A stretch of 64,000 nucleotides of DNA, taken from contig JAUPSS010000002.1 in the NCBI GenBank assembly GCA_040285825.1, forward strand, positions 2,356,001 through 2,420,000, in the 5' to 3' direction. Within the stretch, counting starts at the first letter, position 1, and each line of letters begins with the position of its first letter. Source of the stretch: Eukaryota sp. TZLM1-RC (taxonomy: Eukaryota; Protista; Metamonada: BaSk clade). The notes below the pieces were generated by a model. That model did not search any database. It was not told where the DNA came from and saw nothing but the letters and a program-made list of their open reading frames with translations. Both the position numbers and the translations under genes were made by a program. Shown here piece by piece: positions 23,402 to 36,599 of the stretch.

Positions 23402-24415
23402 CTAATCAAGGTAATATTACATCACCTCTATTATTCTTATGAAAATCATCTTCAGTATCAAACAGATTTGACAACAGAGGTTCCAAAAAGGATTCAATTC
23501 TATGAGACTTACACATACAATATAATTGGTCTCTTACAGCATCATGAACCTTGCTTCTAAAAGTAATAAAATGTTTACAATTTAACAAATGAGTAATTGT
23601 AATTTTTCGAGAACAATTACAAATTAAATTATGAGGTAAATTATCAGGCCAGATAAAAGAACAAAATCTCATATTCAAAGTCCAAGCGGAATCAGTTAAG
23701 AGAGTACCATAACCTTGAGGAATTGTTGTTACTAAGGCAGAAGAAGTACTATCACACATATCTTGGAAAAAATTTGCAAAAGTGGGATTCTTTTTCTTGG
23801 CCAAGCCAAGTCTAACATCAAATTCCAAGCTTTCAAAAATCTTTGACAATTTTATTGAAGCTTTTTACAGCAAAACTGCAAATTAAAAAGAGATCGGTTT
23901 GGAATTTCTTGAATTGATTGGGGAAAACATTTGGTCCAAATTTGTGGTGGCAATCTATCAAGTTCACAAGATAACTCATTCAAATATGGACTGCAACTGG
24001 GAACTAACAGATGAGAATCATCAGGAAATCTACGAGAAAATTCATCAATAAAATTCTTGCCTCCACCCAAAAAAGCTGATTCACACAAAATAGAAGCTTT
24101 AGTAAATCCAATACCACCCAAATTTGCTGAAAAAAATAAGTGATCTTTCAACATTCCTGGTTCTACATCCAATAAATCAGCAAAAAATTCTGTTCTCAAT
24201 GAATTAAAGGAACGACAAAAATCTAATGCTATGGAAGGAGCACAAGATCTCAAAATGTGGGTTATTCTCCCAGTGTAGCAAATTTTAAGCATGAAAAATT
24301 TAATATGTTTTTCTAGATTTAAAGAAGAAATTGAATCAAGTTCAATTGTCATTTTCTCCAAAATAACTTGTAATTCATTCTGAATTTGAGGCAAGTTTCC
24401 GAACCAACAACCAAG
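23402..24415 (-). mobile_element. Family B non-LTR internal fragment (post-RT region to endonuclease start)
   Basis: LKICYTGRITHILR, LGGIG, CNC..HLLNC, KNNRGDVILP. Confidence 0.85.
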
Positions 24416-26090
24416 ACTTCCTATGAGGTTTTATAAACAATATGGTAACCCAAAAAATACATGTTTCTCTCCATGATAATCATCAAAGCACTGCAATAAA
24501 CATTCTTCTCCACACGCACTGATCTTTTTAGTATCTTAAACAATATAAATTTATTTATTTTAACAATTTAGTTAACTGATTTATTCAAACTTCATCGCTT
24601 GAGTTGATAAACTCACAACTAATAGGACGAAGCTGATTAAACATCAGCCAAAAATAAGTTAACGAAATCCACAAAACGACTCCAGAATTTTACGAATTTT
24701 ATTTGGGTTTGCAGTAGAAAAGATTTGATATCCATTTATGTCACTTGGAATTCAGTTCGGTTTGATTAATTACCTAAGATTAATTGAAGATAATTAATAA
24801 ACTACCTCAGTTTTTTCATCGAATAGAAGTAACAATGGCGACAAAACAAGCAGAACAGGATTTTGTTGAACAAATTTTGGTTCACTGAATCTTGTCCCAC
24901 TAGTTATGAGTTTATTTTATTCAGTGTTGTATTTCAACAAAATAACTAAATGCTGGATATTTGACTTTTATTCAAATTTATCAATTTATCAAAAACATCA
25001 AATTTTCAGCGGAAACCCCTAAACTCATTTAAAGGTTAATAACGTTACGTATGAATGCATCAAGTGGACCATCACAGGATAAGAACATCAACTGACAAAC
25101 ATTTGGAAAAACAAGCAAGAGAGATATTAAAATAATCATTTTGATTGATAAAATGATACAACTTACGAAGGCGTCATCAATTCATCAAGTCAGCATGATT
25201 GCTGTGTGATTTCTTGATACTCACCTTTTCAATCATGGGTTAAGAACATTTCACGACTTCCCTCTTAGTGGTAAAATTTTTGTTGTCTGTGTGTTGTAAG
25301 TTGTGAATAAGGTGTGAAACTGAGGTGATTTTGAAATCAACATGTCAGAATATTATCATCAATGATATTGTTTCTTTTTAGTATAATTTTTTTATTCTTT
25401 TTAACAACAACTATTTTATTGTTCAAAATAGACTTTTTAAAACAGTTAAAATCCTTTTCCTCTAAAATTCTGAACTAAAATTCTGTCGGTTCCATTTTTT
25501 ATTTATTACCAAGTTTTAGGACTTTAAGTTACAACCTATAGAATTTGGGGTCTCGGTTGAAGAAATATCTAATAAGTTATCACAATTCTTGCCAAATTGT
25601 TAGGTTGTTGACAAATTCAATCAGTATATGATATGAACATATACCTAAAGTTGAAGGACATATACCTAAGGTGTAAAGAGATTTATTACGAAGGCGAAAA
25701 CATTTTCTTCAGCTTCAGTGCAAGGGCGCAATTATACAAAAATTTTCCCTATTAACATTCAACGTGAAATACTGAGCTTGCAACACTTTTAAGCCACCAA
25801 CCATGGTGTTTCTATCATTCTACATTATCTACGACTTTGGCATTTTCAAACAAGGCAATTTGCTACGTGAGGGGTATCTATGAGAATATATTGTAAGACT
25901 AAACAACAACAGTTAATGAAAGAAGTGGTGGTGTTTGAACAACAAAAAGCGACATTTCTGATCATAGTCGCATAGGAAAAGTGAGTTTTTTGTAAAACAA
26001 AGGGTGATTCCAAAAACAAAACAAAGGGTAGTATTCCCTTTTGTTTCAACGACAGCTTCTGATTTCGTTACCCCATGACCACTAGCTGAT

Positions 26091-26927
26091 ATGCCCAGAC
26101 GCCGTAAAAGCAAGCGCAAAATCAGCAAGCAACCTCATGTTCTTCCCAAAGTGATTGTGAAGCAAACGCCTCCTACCAGGCCTAGAATCAACATTAACGA
26201 ACTTCTTGGACACTTGGTTGTACCCTCTCCATTAGAACCAATTAATTTTCCTCTCGATAGTCGTAAACTGCCAAACATTCCCACTCTGGGGACATTTCCT
26301 TTTTACGGATGCATGACTGTTCTTTCTTCTCCCATGTCATCCTCTGCTATCCTCCCTGCCTTGGCGTCAATAGATCAGCTTCCTGTCTCCCACGATCATT
26401 GTTTGCTCTACTTTCGCCCATCTGATCGTGCGGCAATCATCAACATTCCTCTCACGATCTCATCTCCATCCTCACTTTCTGATTCCCTCTACCAAATCCT
26501 TTTCGCATTGACCATCTCCAATTTAGTTTGCTTTGAAGTTGATCCAGCTACCGATCTTGAGTACATTGTTCATCAATTAACGACTGCTCAACCTCTACTA
26601 TTCGATTCTGTCAAGTTTGGTAGAACTTTTCCCTCTGATACTATCTTGGTTTTTGTCTGTGATTCTAATTATCCAGTTGAACCAATACTTGGGATTTTAA
26701 CTGATTCGACGTTTATTCCTTATCCCAGTCGGAATGTTCACGTTATCAATGACAGTTTGATTGGCCAGGTAAATAGAATTAATCAATTATTCAGTGACTC
26801 AGTTGTTTCCTTTGGATTAACAGAACAACAATGGTGGGAGTTGGTAAAAGCGAATCTATCTATTGCCTACAAAACATTTAATTCATTCACAAAGTACCAA
26901 AAAAGACCATCAATTAAAGGACGTTAG
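26091..26927 (+). CDS. Hypothetical protein (278 aa)
   Basis: ATG-started long ORF with host-like codon usage, basic N-terminus, convergent with the next gene. Confidence 0.7.
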   Translation: MPRRRKSKRKISKQPHVLPKVIVKQTPPTRPRININELLGHLVVPSPLEPINFPLDSRKLPNIPTLGTFPFYGCMTVLSSPMSSSAILPALASIDQLPVSHDHCLLYFRPSDRAAIINIPLTISSPSSLSDSLYQILFALTISNLVCFEVDPATDLEYIVHQLTTAQPLLFDSVKFGRTFPSDTILVFVCDSNYPVEPILGILTDSTFIPYPSRNVHVINDSLIGQVNRINQLFSDSVVSFGLTEQQWWELVKANLSIAYKTFNSFTKYQKRPSIKGR

Positions 26928-27021
26928 TTATTAGTAGAATTGTTTATTTTGATTTGATAAGTAAAAATAAATATGAAATATGGCCTATTTAAATACAATA
27001 TATACATATAGTTTAAGTAAG

Positions 27022-27543
27022 TTAATGAGCTTGACTAAGTCCACTGCAGCGGGCCTTCAGAGAACTTATCCTGTTCAGTAATTCCTGCAACATTTCAGTT
27101 GCCTCCAATCCTGTTTGAGATTCATTTGTGTCATCTAATTGAGCCGAGAGCAATCTGTTCTCATCAGAAAGCTGCTGTATTCTTACTTCCTTTTCTGCCC
27201 TTTCTTTGGTAAAAAGCTCTACTTGACAGGTCAGTTCATCATTCAATGGGGTCAATGTATCCACTTGGTCTTGTAGAACTTGGTTATGATGTACTAGTTT
27301 GGAAATCTGTGCTTCACATTCCAAAAGAGTATTGCGTAGAGCAAGATTGTCCCGCTTTAGTTGATCAACTGATACTTCAAGGTGTGAGTTTTTATCAGAT
27401 AGTGATTCCATATTATGTGAAAGTGAAGTATTGTGTTCAACAAGTGAAGCAAGATCTTGACGTAAATTTACATCCAGTGTGTCCATTACAGAAGAGCGAC
27501 CGTCTTCCGACATTGAATCAAGAGATAGTTGGTCCAATTCCAT
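27022..27543 (-). CDS. Coiled-coil protein (173 aa)
   Basis: Heptad-rich ORF with ATG start. Confidence 0.7.
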   Translation of the reverse strand: MELDQLSLDSMSEDGRSSVMDTLDVNLRQDLASLVEHNTSLSHNMESLSDKNSHLEVSVDQLKRDNLALRNTLLECEAQISKLVHHNQVLQDQVDTLTPLNDELTCQVELFTKERAEKEVRIQQLSDENRLLSAQLDDTNESQTGLEATEMLQELLNRISSLKARCSGLSQAH

Positions 27544-27602
27544 TCTTACAGATATTGTCTTTATCTAAGTGTTTTAGAGGGACTGAGTTTTGTGAAAGTT
27601 TA

Positions 27603-27876
27603 ACTGTGAATTTCACTTATCATGCATTCCCCTGTGAAATTCACTCCTGTTTTCAACTTTCTCAATGTCTACTCACAGGCTGTAAGAGACATGTAGCATC
27701 ATTTGACAAAGACAATCATGATCTTCATCAATGGGCTACCTCACTTAAATACACCTACTGCTTTCGCAGAACAAAGCCTCGCGACTTGATGTATCTAAGT
27801 GGATCTACCAAATGCTACTAGGGCATTTGTAGATCGGTCTCAAAAGTTTTAGTTTCTGTATGCTCACGTTCCCTAT
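27603..27876 (-). ncRNA. Candidate Fanzor omegaRNA scaffold (copy 2)
   Basis: Near-identical to 15917-16190; perfect 11-bp terminal stem GTGAATTTCAC...GTGAAATTCAC. Confidence 0.65.
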
Positions 27877-29813
27877 TCATCTCCTCAGCAGAGCATCTGG
27901 GCAAATGTATCTTTCCGGCCACAATTCCGCTTTCTTCTTAATTTGAATATTTTTTGCAGCGGAAATATCTCTGTCATATACTATTTGACACTCAGTACAA
28001 ATACGCATCTGCCATGAGCCTGCTTGAGCACTCTCGGCCATGCAACAACTTGACATTTTGCTTGTATTAAATTCACTGGTTGACAAGTGCTTCACGTCCT
28101 TTTGATAACACAACCATTTTCTGAAAGCCCTTGCTGATCCATATCGATTGACTTTTCGGCAATGAGAAGGGAAATTAGCAGAACCCACAGCAAGATAGAG
28201 TTTTTCAGGATGTCCAGCCAGCCTTTGAAATTTGTTGAGACTCTCTCTGAACCGTCTCTCTTTTCGTCTGCGGTTATCAAATTTAATTATTTTCCATTTC
28301 TGGCGATTACTTTCCAAATACACTTTCCTCCTGACCAAATTCCAATGGTTCAAATATTGGTTGAAATTTTGAACGGAATATTGGTTGGGAGAGTGTTTAC
28401 TGGGTGAAGGTTTTGTCATGTATCTTCTGCCAGTTGGACAAGGGATAACTCCACATTGATTATCATCTAAGAAGTAACCACATAATCTTGATTGGCCAAG
28501 ATCAACGCCGATAAGGGGGCTTTCAGGTATAATTTCGACTGGATGTGTGCGTCTTCGACGGGAAATTGTTTTAGTGCCCTTCAACTGTGCTTCACTGGTT
28601 TTGTTGGTATCAGGATCACTTTTCATTTCTTTATTTAATCTTCTTTTCTTTTTCGGTGGTTCATCCAGCTCATTTGTGTTTTCTGAGTCCTTATTTTTAC
28701 CTTCAAAGGTCAATGGCAGTTCATTACCATTAGTTTTCAATAAAAAATTTTTGAATCTATTTTTCAAACTTTTTCTGTTGATATTAAATTTTTGGTACGG
28801 ACATTGTTTGCATATTCGTTTCAGACATGTATTTTTGATCAACTTTGTTTCGGAAGATGATCCTTCAATAAGTGGGAATTTCTTCACAGAGTGGAGAATT
28901 TGTGAAGGAACCTCAACAAATTTCGAACTTTCATGAGAAGCTAAAGGCATCGTTCAAAATTTCTTCAAGTAATGCATAAGAGAGAAAAAAATGAGTAAGT
29001 ATTGTGAAATTTCAAGATTAAAGAGAAAAAGCTCCTCAATTTCCTTTGATGAAAAGGTGATTTTATCATGTGAAGGCAGTAGAGAAGCAGTGGCAGGAAA
29101 TCTTTGAAGATAAACTCACATGCATTTAATAAAAAGAATCTTTCTCTTGAATTATTCAAATTGAAATTGATGTAATGTTGAAGAACAGAATCAACAACTA
29201 CTTTTTCGGGTTGGGCTAATGGTTCATCTGGTGAAAGAGAGAGAAAATTATTGGCACAGACATTCGTTTTATCTAGAGCTCTACAATGATCACGAATGAA
29301 GTTGTTTGTTCAGGATTGACAAATTTTAGGTAAACTTGTCTCAACGATTGACGGGCCCGACAAGCAAGGCAATGAGAAAGCCCTTTTTTATTAATAAAAT
29401 TACATTTCTGAGACTGCAGCCAATCATTGAGGAAAAGATTGAATGAATTTTTATAAGGCACTGAAGAATTTTCCGATGAAGAAACAAGTGACATATCTTG
29501 TGGGCAATCAGAAAGAAATCCACTGTAAAAGATATGGAGTAATTGGTGTTGGCCTCTGGAGGTGGATGGCTTCGGAAAAAGAATTAGTGGTGATGACGGT
29601 CATAAAAAGAAACCATTCATCCTGTTCCACTAGAGCTCTAGATACCAACGGAAATTTTAGAAGAAAAGATTGAAGCAATAAAAAAGCTTCATCCCAAATC
29701 TCAGTGACCAAAGGAAGGTCAATCCGAATTTGTTGCACCACTGCAGGGGTCATTAGCGAGTTAAGTGCACAAGACCGAGTGAATACACGTAACACAGAGT
29801 GGGTGCCTGTCAT
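27877..29813 (-). pseudogene. Fanzor copy 2; C-terminal 357 codons open, N-terminal half frameshifted; start MTGTHSVLRVFTRSC at 29813
   Basis: All three RuvC motifs lie in ORF 27877-28950; the upstream fragments are homologous to copy 1; similarity to copy 3 extends to ~29938. Confidence 0.9.
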
Positions 29814-30834
29814 GTAGTGAGAGTAAACTGTTCATCAAACAATTTTTACACTGAACACTCCAATTTCGACTTCTGACTGCCTGTTTTGGGAGGTTTTCCC
29901 TATTTCCACACTTTTCCCTCACTTCATCAACTAGGTTCTTATTTTTATCACTTACCTCCTTTTCCGAGTTTTAGAACTCCCCATGCACTCTTCCTACGTG
30001 TTTTTCTACTCATCTTTAATAATTATTGTTTACTAATAGTGTACCGATTAACTCCACACCTTCTACTTGTACAGAACTTTTTATATTACACTTTGATAAG
30101 AGAATGGCATTTCTTTAATCCACAGTACATTCCACAGCTTGCCGTGGTTGTGAAAGTCACAGCGAAGGTCGTTTTACATTATTGATTACAGTTGCAAGCA
30201 GCTTTCTTTCACATACATGGTGGACTTAATCTATTCACACATCAATTTTCCAGTCTCGAGGAACTGTCTAAAAGGGCTTATTTGACACCAAGACTACTAG
30301 TTGCTGTCGATACTCTCATATCATATTCAGCGAAGCATTTCGATCTTTATTTCACAAACATTCGCATGATTTACACATGGTAAGCCCGTGACGAAGAGAC
30401 ATCTCAATCTTGGTTCAATCTTGGTTCAATGAATTTCGTCCCATTAGTTATGATTTTAATTTGTCAAGTGAGATCTGTAATATTTATATCCAAGAAATTG
30501 TTAAGTTCAAACTAGCATTACTATTAATAGAGTGTTAAATTTTTATTTTTGTTTGAAATTTTTAGTAGGACAAATGTTTTGTTAGTAACATACGCCTCTT
30601 CCGGCAATGTGCTTTGAAAGAGCACGATATATTTCTGTATTTTCAAAATCGGTTTTTTCATATCCAATTTGTGTTTATTCACTATTTGCTGAAAACTTAA
30701 TGGGATTTCCAAATATTTATACTCTTCTTAGTTCCTATGAGTACTCAGCACACCCGCAGTTGTATTTATCTATAATAGAGCAGGTGACTCATAAAAATGT
30801 GAAAACATTTTTGTTTTCTTAAGCAAGATTTATT

Positions 30835-31370
30835 ATTAATTTTGAACACAAACAAAGCAACTAAACAAAAAACTGAAGCTCCATATCCTCAATACAGGCA
30901 TCAACAACATCAAACCTCTTCAATGCGCGATTCTCATACTCTCTTCCTTATTGCAACAGTGCTTTGGTTATCAGTTCGGGAATTGCTTTAAGTATAATAA
31001 AGCAATTCTATTGTGCCAGAAATTGAAGTTCAACACTTTTCGTGATCTTTCCCTTATTCAACATCTGAAACCATCAAGAAATTTAATAGCAGATTTTCCA
31101 ATGTTACCAAATAGGGAAACAGCAAATGGAACCAGCTCATAGTTCAAATGCTCAACACGCCCACGCCGAGATAAGGGTTATTTGTACTTTTCTATTTTTC
31201 TCTTTTCAGCAAAGCAAAGTGGAGTTTCGTCCTTTTGGCAAAATCAATTGCTGATTCTTTACAAACATCAACAGTGACAACATGAACAACTTTGATCACA
31301 CCATCAGACCCGGGAGTATATAAATCAGCACGGCGTTTCCCGAAAGTATTATCAACTTCCTTTATGTGAA
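30835..31370 (-). mobile_element. Family D-like RLE non-LTR 3' fragment
   Basis: FGKRRADLYTPGSDG..VVTVDVC; VPFAVSLFGNIG. Confidence 0.75.
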
Positions 31371-31538
31371 AAAAAGTCATTTTTGTGGGGGGGGGGGGTG
31401 TAACTTTAATGAAAGATATCACTCTGTTACAGAAATCAAGAACAAGAATGTAAAGTGGAAGAAAATGAAACAAAAATGGAAACAATGAAGCATTTGCATG
31501 GAGACCAGCAATGAAAACAATTAGATAATCGTTATCTT

Positions 31539-31875
31539 GATGCCAACGGAAAATTTAGAAGAAAAGATTGAAGCAATAAAGAAGCTTCATGACAAATCTC
31601 GGTGACCACAGGAAGGTCAGTCCGAATTTGTTGCACCGCTGCAGGGGTCAGCAGCGAGTTAAGTGCACAAGACCGAGTGAATACACGTGATACAGAGGGG
31701 GTGTCTGACATGTAGTGAGAATAAAGAGCTCATCTATCAAATTTTACACTTGTCACCCCATTTTCGACTTCTGGTTGCCTATTCTGGGAGGTTTTTAACC
31801 CTCAACTTGGTTTTGGGAGGTTTTCACTATTCCCACACTTTCCCCTCACTTCATAAACTAGGTTCATAAACTAGG
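31539..31875 (-). pseudogene. Fanzor copy 3: 5' leader and first ~57 codons (ATG at 31711, MSDTPSVSRVFTRSC)
   Basis: Near-identical to 17973-18129 and homologous to 29640-29938. Confidence 0.85.
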
Positions 31876-31918
31876 TATCCTTTGTAAAAGTTTCTGGAAT
31901 TTCAACTCTATGTAACTC

Positions 31919-32345
31919 ATGAAAGACGCTCTCAGCATCATCAACAGATTAGTCCACGATACTTCTTTGTCTAAAGAACGTTTCTTTGTTGGTTTTGAGG
32001 ATAGATTTGGCGGTGTATTCTTCCTCACTCATCACGATTTTCTTGCCTTATCTGTACCATCTCACGGAATTCGCTACATATCTAAAGGAAACTCAATTCT
32101 CTGGTCTCGCACAAAATGAATCAACCTTATTGGCTCTGTTGCACCTTCTGTTTCTTTATTCTCATCTCCAACACCTGGTGTTCTCTCCCGATATTTTCCT
32201 CCTCATGCTACTGGTAGAAAGAATTTCCAGTTACCCTTCTTCTCTAACATTGTTTCTTGTAGTGTAGGTGTTCATCATACATTGGCACTCACTGCTTGTG
32301 GTAATTGCTATGGATTTGGTCTGAACAAATCTACCAATTAGGCAA
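31919..32345 (+). pseudogene. MJ1316/DUF504-like domain followed by disrupted RCC1-like repeats
   Basis: IINRLVHD..FVGFEDRFGG..VPSHGIRYI..ILWSR, then VSCSVGVHHTLALTACGNCYGFGLN; stops and frameshifts. Confidence 0.55.
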
Positions 32346-32559
32346 CAACTCAATGGAAAATAAATTCCACAGAAATGATACTATCAATAATGATTGAAGT
32401 TTGTTAACAATAATTGAGTTCTGCGAAACAGTGAAAAGATTTCTGTATGTATGTTATCATGAAGCTTCAGTTGTTTTTTCAGTTGTTTCAGTTGAAAGTT
32501 TAAGATTTTTTTCTATTTCAGCATTTTATAGTCTCCAATAATTGACTCAAAATAAGACA

Positions 32560-32810
32560 TTGACAAGTAGACATATCATGTCTCTTGTCATGCTTTGGAT
32601 TATTGTCCTCATCAAGGTATTTCAACTGTTTTCTTTACTTTCTTACAATTGAAACAACAACATCTGGTTCGACAATCATCTATTAACCACATCTTATTGC
32701 CAGCCATTTTCAATAAAGTTTTGAAACCTTGTCCTTCGGTAAGCTCTTTGATTTTCAAGCATTTTCATTGTTACCGGTCTGATCTTCTCTTTCAAACAAT
32801 ATAGTGAACA
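32560..32810 (-). pseudogene. Fanzor RuvC-II/zinc-finger remnant (not in ORF track)
   Basis: The reverse strand of 32641-32760 reads LKIKELTEGQGFKTLLKMAGNKMWLIDDCRTRCCCFNCK. Confidence 0.6.
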
Positions 32811-34128
32811 CTGCAATAAATCAATTCAATTCTAACTTACATCGATAACTTACATGAAATAGATTCTTGAATTTCTCCTTCATTATGTTCCAGTCTATTG
32901 AAGAATCAAAGCTTTGTGTTGTCGAATGGGATCTACAATGCAACAGGACCGCAATAGCTGTTGACCAATAGAGAATTATTGGTCAACTGCTGCAAAATTA
33001 AATGATGAAATGTTTTTATCATTAGCAAATTTGTAGCCTTTTCTTCGATCATTTGTAACGAGAAACAAAACAGTAAAATAAAAGTACAAAATCTAAAAAA
33101 AACAATTACATCATCAGTAACAATTTTCTAGCAACAAAATACAGATGTGATACATCAGTGGTTAGGAATGTTGTCAGGTCCACATATGCTTCAATTTAAA
33201 TATCCCAAAACGGACTAGACGTTCAACATCTATGAACAGATAGGTTGCAAGAGCAACTGCATAACGATGAAGCATCTCACTTCAAACGAACAATTTATTA
33301 CCCCATACCTTATGAGTCTTGTTCCTGTTTTTTAAGTTAATACATTGGATAAATCTGATTTCTATAAAACTGCTGCACAAAGTACTGGAAGGATTTTGTT
33401 CGATCCTTCGCGCAATATAGAATTGCTTTTGAAAAAATGTACAGCATGGTTTCTACCTCGTTGTTATTACTTGGAAAATGTTTTGAAGAAAAGGCTGTAG
33501 GCTGTAGGTAAGTTTTCAATAGTAGATGTGAAGTTTGACGAAAATGATTATTACTGTTTTGAAAGCTTTATTTGAAATAAGAAAATAATTAAGCCAACAA
33601 CAAGCTATGGCTATCGACAGCAAATCACTTTGGTGACATCATCTCCCACGTTCATGGAAATTTACATCATAAATAATGTACATCTTGGAATTCCATTATT
33701 CTATTACTCCAGATATTCTAATTGTGGAATTTCAAAATGAGAAAGTTGGAATCTAATGGTATGAAATAAAGGGTGTCCATCATCAAACTTCTAAATTGAA
33801 GGCCATTATGAGAAAATTGATGGTGAATTAGAATACATTCCCCACAAATTCATCTTGTTGTTCATCGTTGTGCCACCTTTGTGTTGTTTAGATGATTGAG
33901 GAGCAGATGTTTGTTTTAGCACCCAAGAGGGTTCATCATGACGAATGGATTGCTTGTTTTTATCAATGTGTTCTGATCCAAAGTGGGTTAACAGTAGTGT
34001 TTTTGATACATTGGTAGGTGTTTATTAGTAGTACGTAACATGTCATGTTTGTCAAACATTTATGTCTGTAGATACCGTAAAAGTAGAGGATAACTGCAAG
34101 GCACCATTCACGTCAACGTTGTATTTCA

Positions 34129-34712
34129 ATGCTAGTAGCTTCTCAGATGAAAGTAGCTAATCAACGTCGTTTGTTCCTCCTACAACTGGTCGCCGATGCT
34201 CTGAAGCATCTTGCTGATTCAGAAATGCCCAAAAAGCTCAATGATTCGTTCTTGGATGAACCTCTTGATCAGGATCTTTTAGGGTAAGCATTTAGAGTGA
34301 TTTTAATAACCATAGATTTGTAGTGTCAATTACTGATCGCGCAGACCTACCATCCCCGCTTTGTATTATAGCATGCATTTACATACTTCGACTGAAAAAG
34401 TGGAACCCTCATTTGAAAATATCTGAAGCCAATGTAAGAAGATTGTTCTTAGTTTCGGCAATGCTGAGTAGTAAAGTCCACGAAGACGTTATCTTTCGCA
34501 ATGTCGATTGGGCCCGCCTCAGTGATGTATACAATTCAGCGCTTCTTAATCAAATGGAAATAGAGTTCTTATCTTGGATTAACTTTCAGACTACTGTCAC
34601 GTTTGATGAGTTTAAGAACTACATTGATTGTCTGACTAGTCGAAGTTCCATCAAGCCGTCTGTTCTAAAGTCTCTGAAAGGGGAGCTACTGTCACCTTTT
34701 CTTGAGTGTTGA
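34129..34712 (+). CDS. Cyclin, PHO80/P-U-type; intron 34284-34315; start uncertain
   Basis: IIACIYILRL, NVRRLFLVSAMLSSKVHEDVIFRNVDWA, LNQMEIEFL; splicing the 32-nt GTAAG...CATAG intron gives a continuous frame. Confidence 0.85.
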
Positions 34713-34974
34713 TCATCCATGCTTTCTTGTACTTTTGGTGTGTTTTTTAGTTGAGTTTTTATGAAATACATCAATGTCACACATTGGAACTGGTGATTCT
34801 ATCATTTGTGTTTTATGATTTAATAACAAGTGCAAAAAAATGGGTACACTTAACAACTTCTGAACAGCAATAATACTGTGTACTGTATACTGTGTAATTT
34901 GTATCAGTAGTTGTTTAGAGGAACTAGATATAGAACAAAAATATAAAGATTAAAAAAATTAAGCACAAAATACA

Positions 34975-35605
34975 TTGAATCAGCAATTACCTCTACAGAA
35001 TCTTGATCTACTTGCTGTCTCGATAAAGCTTCTCTAATTCGATTGGAAAATTGAGGCAATCTATTAATTATGGCAAATTAAATTCGAGAGCACCATAAGA
35101 AGATATCAAGTCTTTTCATTGTTTTTTCTTGGACCATTTTTTTGGAAATCATTCATAAAAGTCCCTGCTTCTGATGATAGTCTTCGGTTTCTAGAAAATG
35201 GGAATGCAATAAAAACAAGTGGTCTTTTTCTACCAGCATTAGCTTCTTCAATATCTTTGCCATATTTTCTATGTTTTTCTTTGACTTTGAATTCATGATC
35301 ATATACAAGATAGAGTTTTTTCCATTGAACCAAAGTGTTATTTGCAACATAACAGGAGACAAAGTCAAGAACAGCTTCAGAGTTCTCAATCCATATATAT
35401 ATATACCATATATATATCCATATATACTGTGATTGAATCACAGTATATATCACCTCTGTCATCAGAATCAAAATTATTCAATGACAGGGTTTGTTTCAAC
35501 AGAGGCTCTTTGATACACGAGATTTTTCCATTTCGTGTTATATTAAAAACAGTGTCTTTAACAGCATCATGTAATGAAGAACGATAAGTTATCAATTTGG
35601 TACAA
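34975..35605 (-). mobile_element. Decayed family A RLE non-LTR fragment containing a fold-back insertion
   Basis: ORFs 35106-35595 match family A; palindrome at 35420-35450. Confidence 0.8.
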
Positions 35606-36599
35606 TTATGATTACAATATATTCAAATTTATACTTTAAAAAAATTTGAACTTTAAAAAAATTCAAACTTTAAAAAAATCTGCTGCCCTGACTGCAGATG
35701 GATTGAGAGTGGCCATTCAAAGATTATTTGGCACGTTAGGTGAAGAAATGAAGAATGTGAGGAATGAAACAGTTTATTTGCTTAATGATCCTTTGAAAAA
35801 ATAAAGTTAGATTTTTGTCATAGAAAAATTGGACAGAAAAAAAATTGAACAGTATACTTAAATTGTTATTTATTGTTTTGTATTGTTTTGTTGATTACAT
35901 TTGTTGGTTGGGTTTTGTGTTCAATGCATCTTATGTCAGTATTCTCACTACACATAGCCCATGTAAATCAAAGCAGAACGTTCAGAGGTATAGATAATTA
36001 TGTAGTGTTTAAAATAACTGCTAGCATTTTTTTTTGGAGAGAATTAAAATGCATTAATTTGGTTTTCCAATCTCCATTTTGTAACTGTTAGCAAATTGAT
36101 GTTCCTGTATCACAATTTGATCATCGCACAATAGAAACAGTCCTGTAATTTGCAATCAAGGTAACAGTAAACTCTTTATTTCGGATTTTATTCACCAATG
36201 GTCAATTTCTTTTGATGCCACGTGGACAAAACCTAAGCAACTGAGACTTTACTTTTGACTTACTTGTTTGAATTATTTCCAATTGTTTTTATTTAAAAAG
36301 AGTAAACAATAAACAAAACTACGCAAACACAATTCAGGTTGAGCAATTATAGTACGATTCAAACCACAAATCCAGTTTCGATGAGGAACACCTTGATGCC
36401 AATACGCAACAAACAACTCTTCGTCACTTTCAATTCTTCGGCGGGCACGATATGTACTGACAGTAATGACATCTCCTTCATTAATACCGTTTTTGATTGT
36501 GACATCTTCAACAATTGCATAAACATTGCATTGTTTTTCAGCTGTGGTATTAACTATCCATCCTGAACCATAATCATAAAGTGTCCTCAAACTTTTACC

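Noticed and set aside
31387-31398. G homopolymer
   Set aside because: Isolated run at a junction of fragments, with no supporting structure.
36273-36590. 105-aa minus-strand ORF
   Set aside because: Coding-like but no recognisable family and no ATG start; cannot be supported as a gene.
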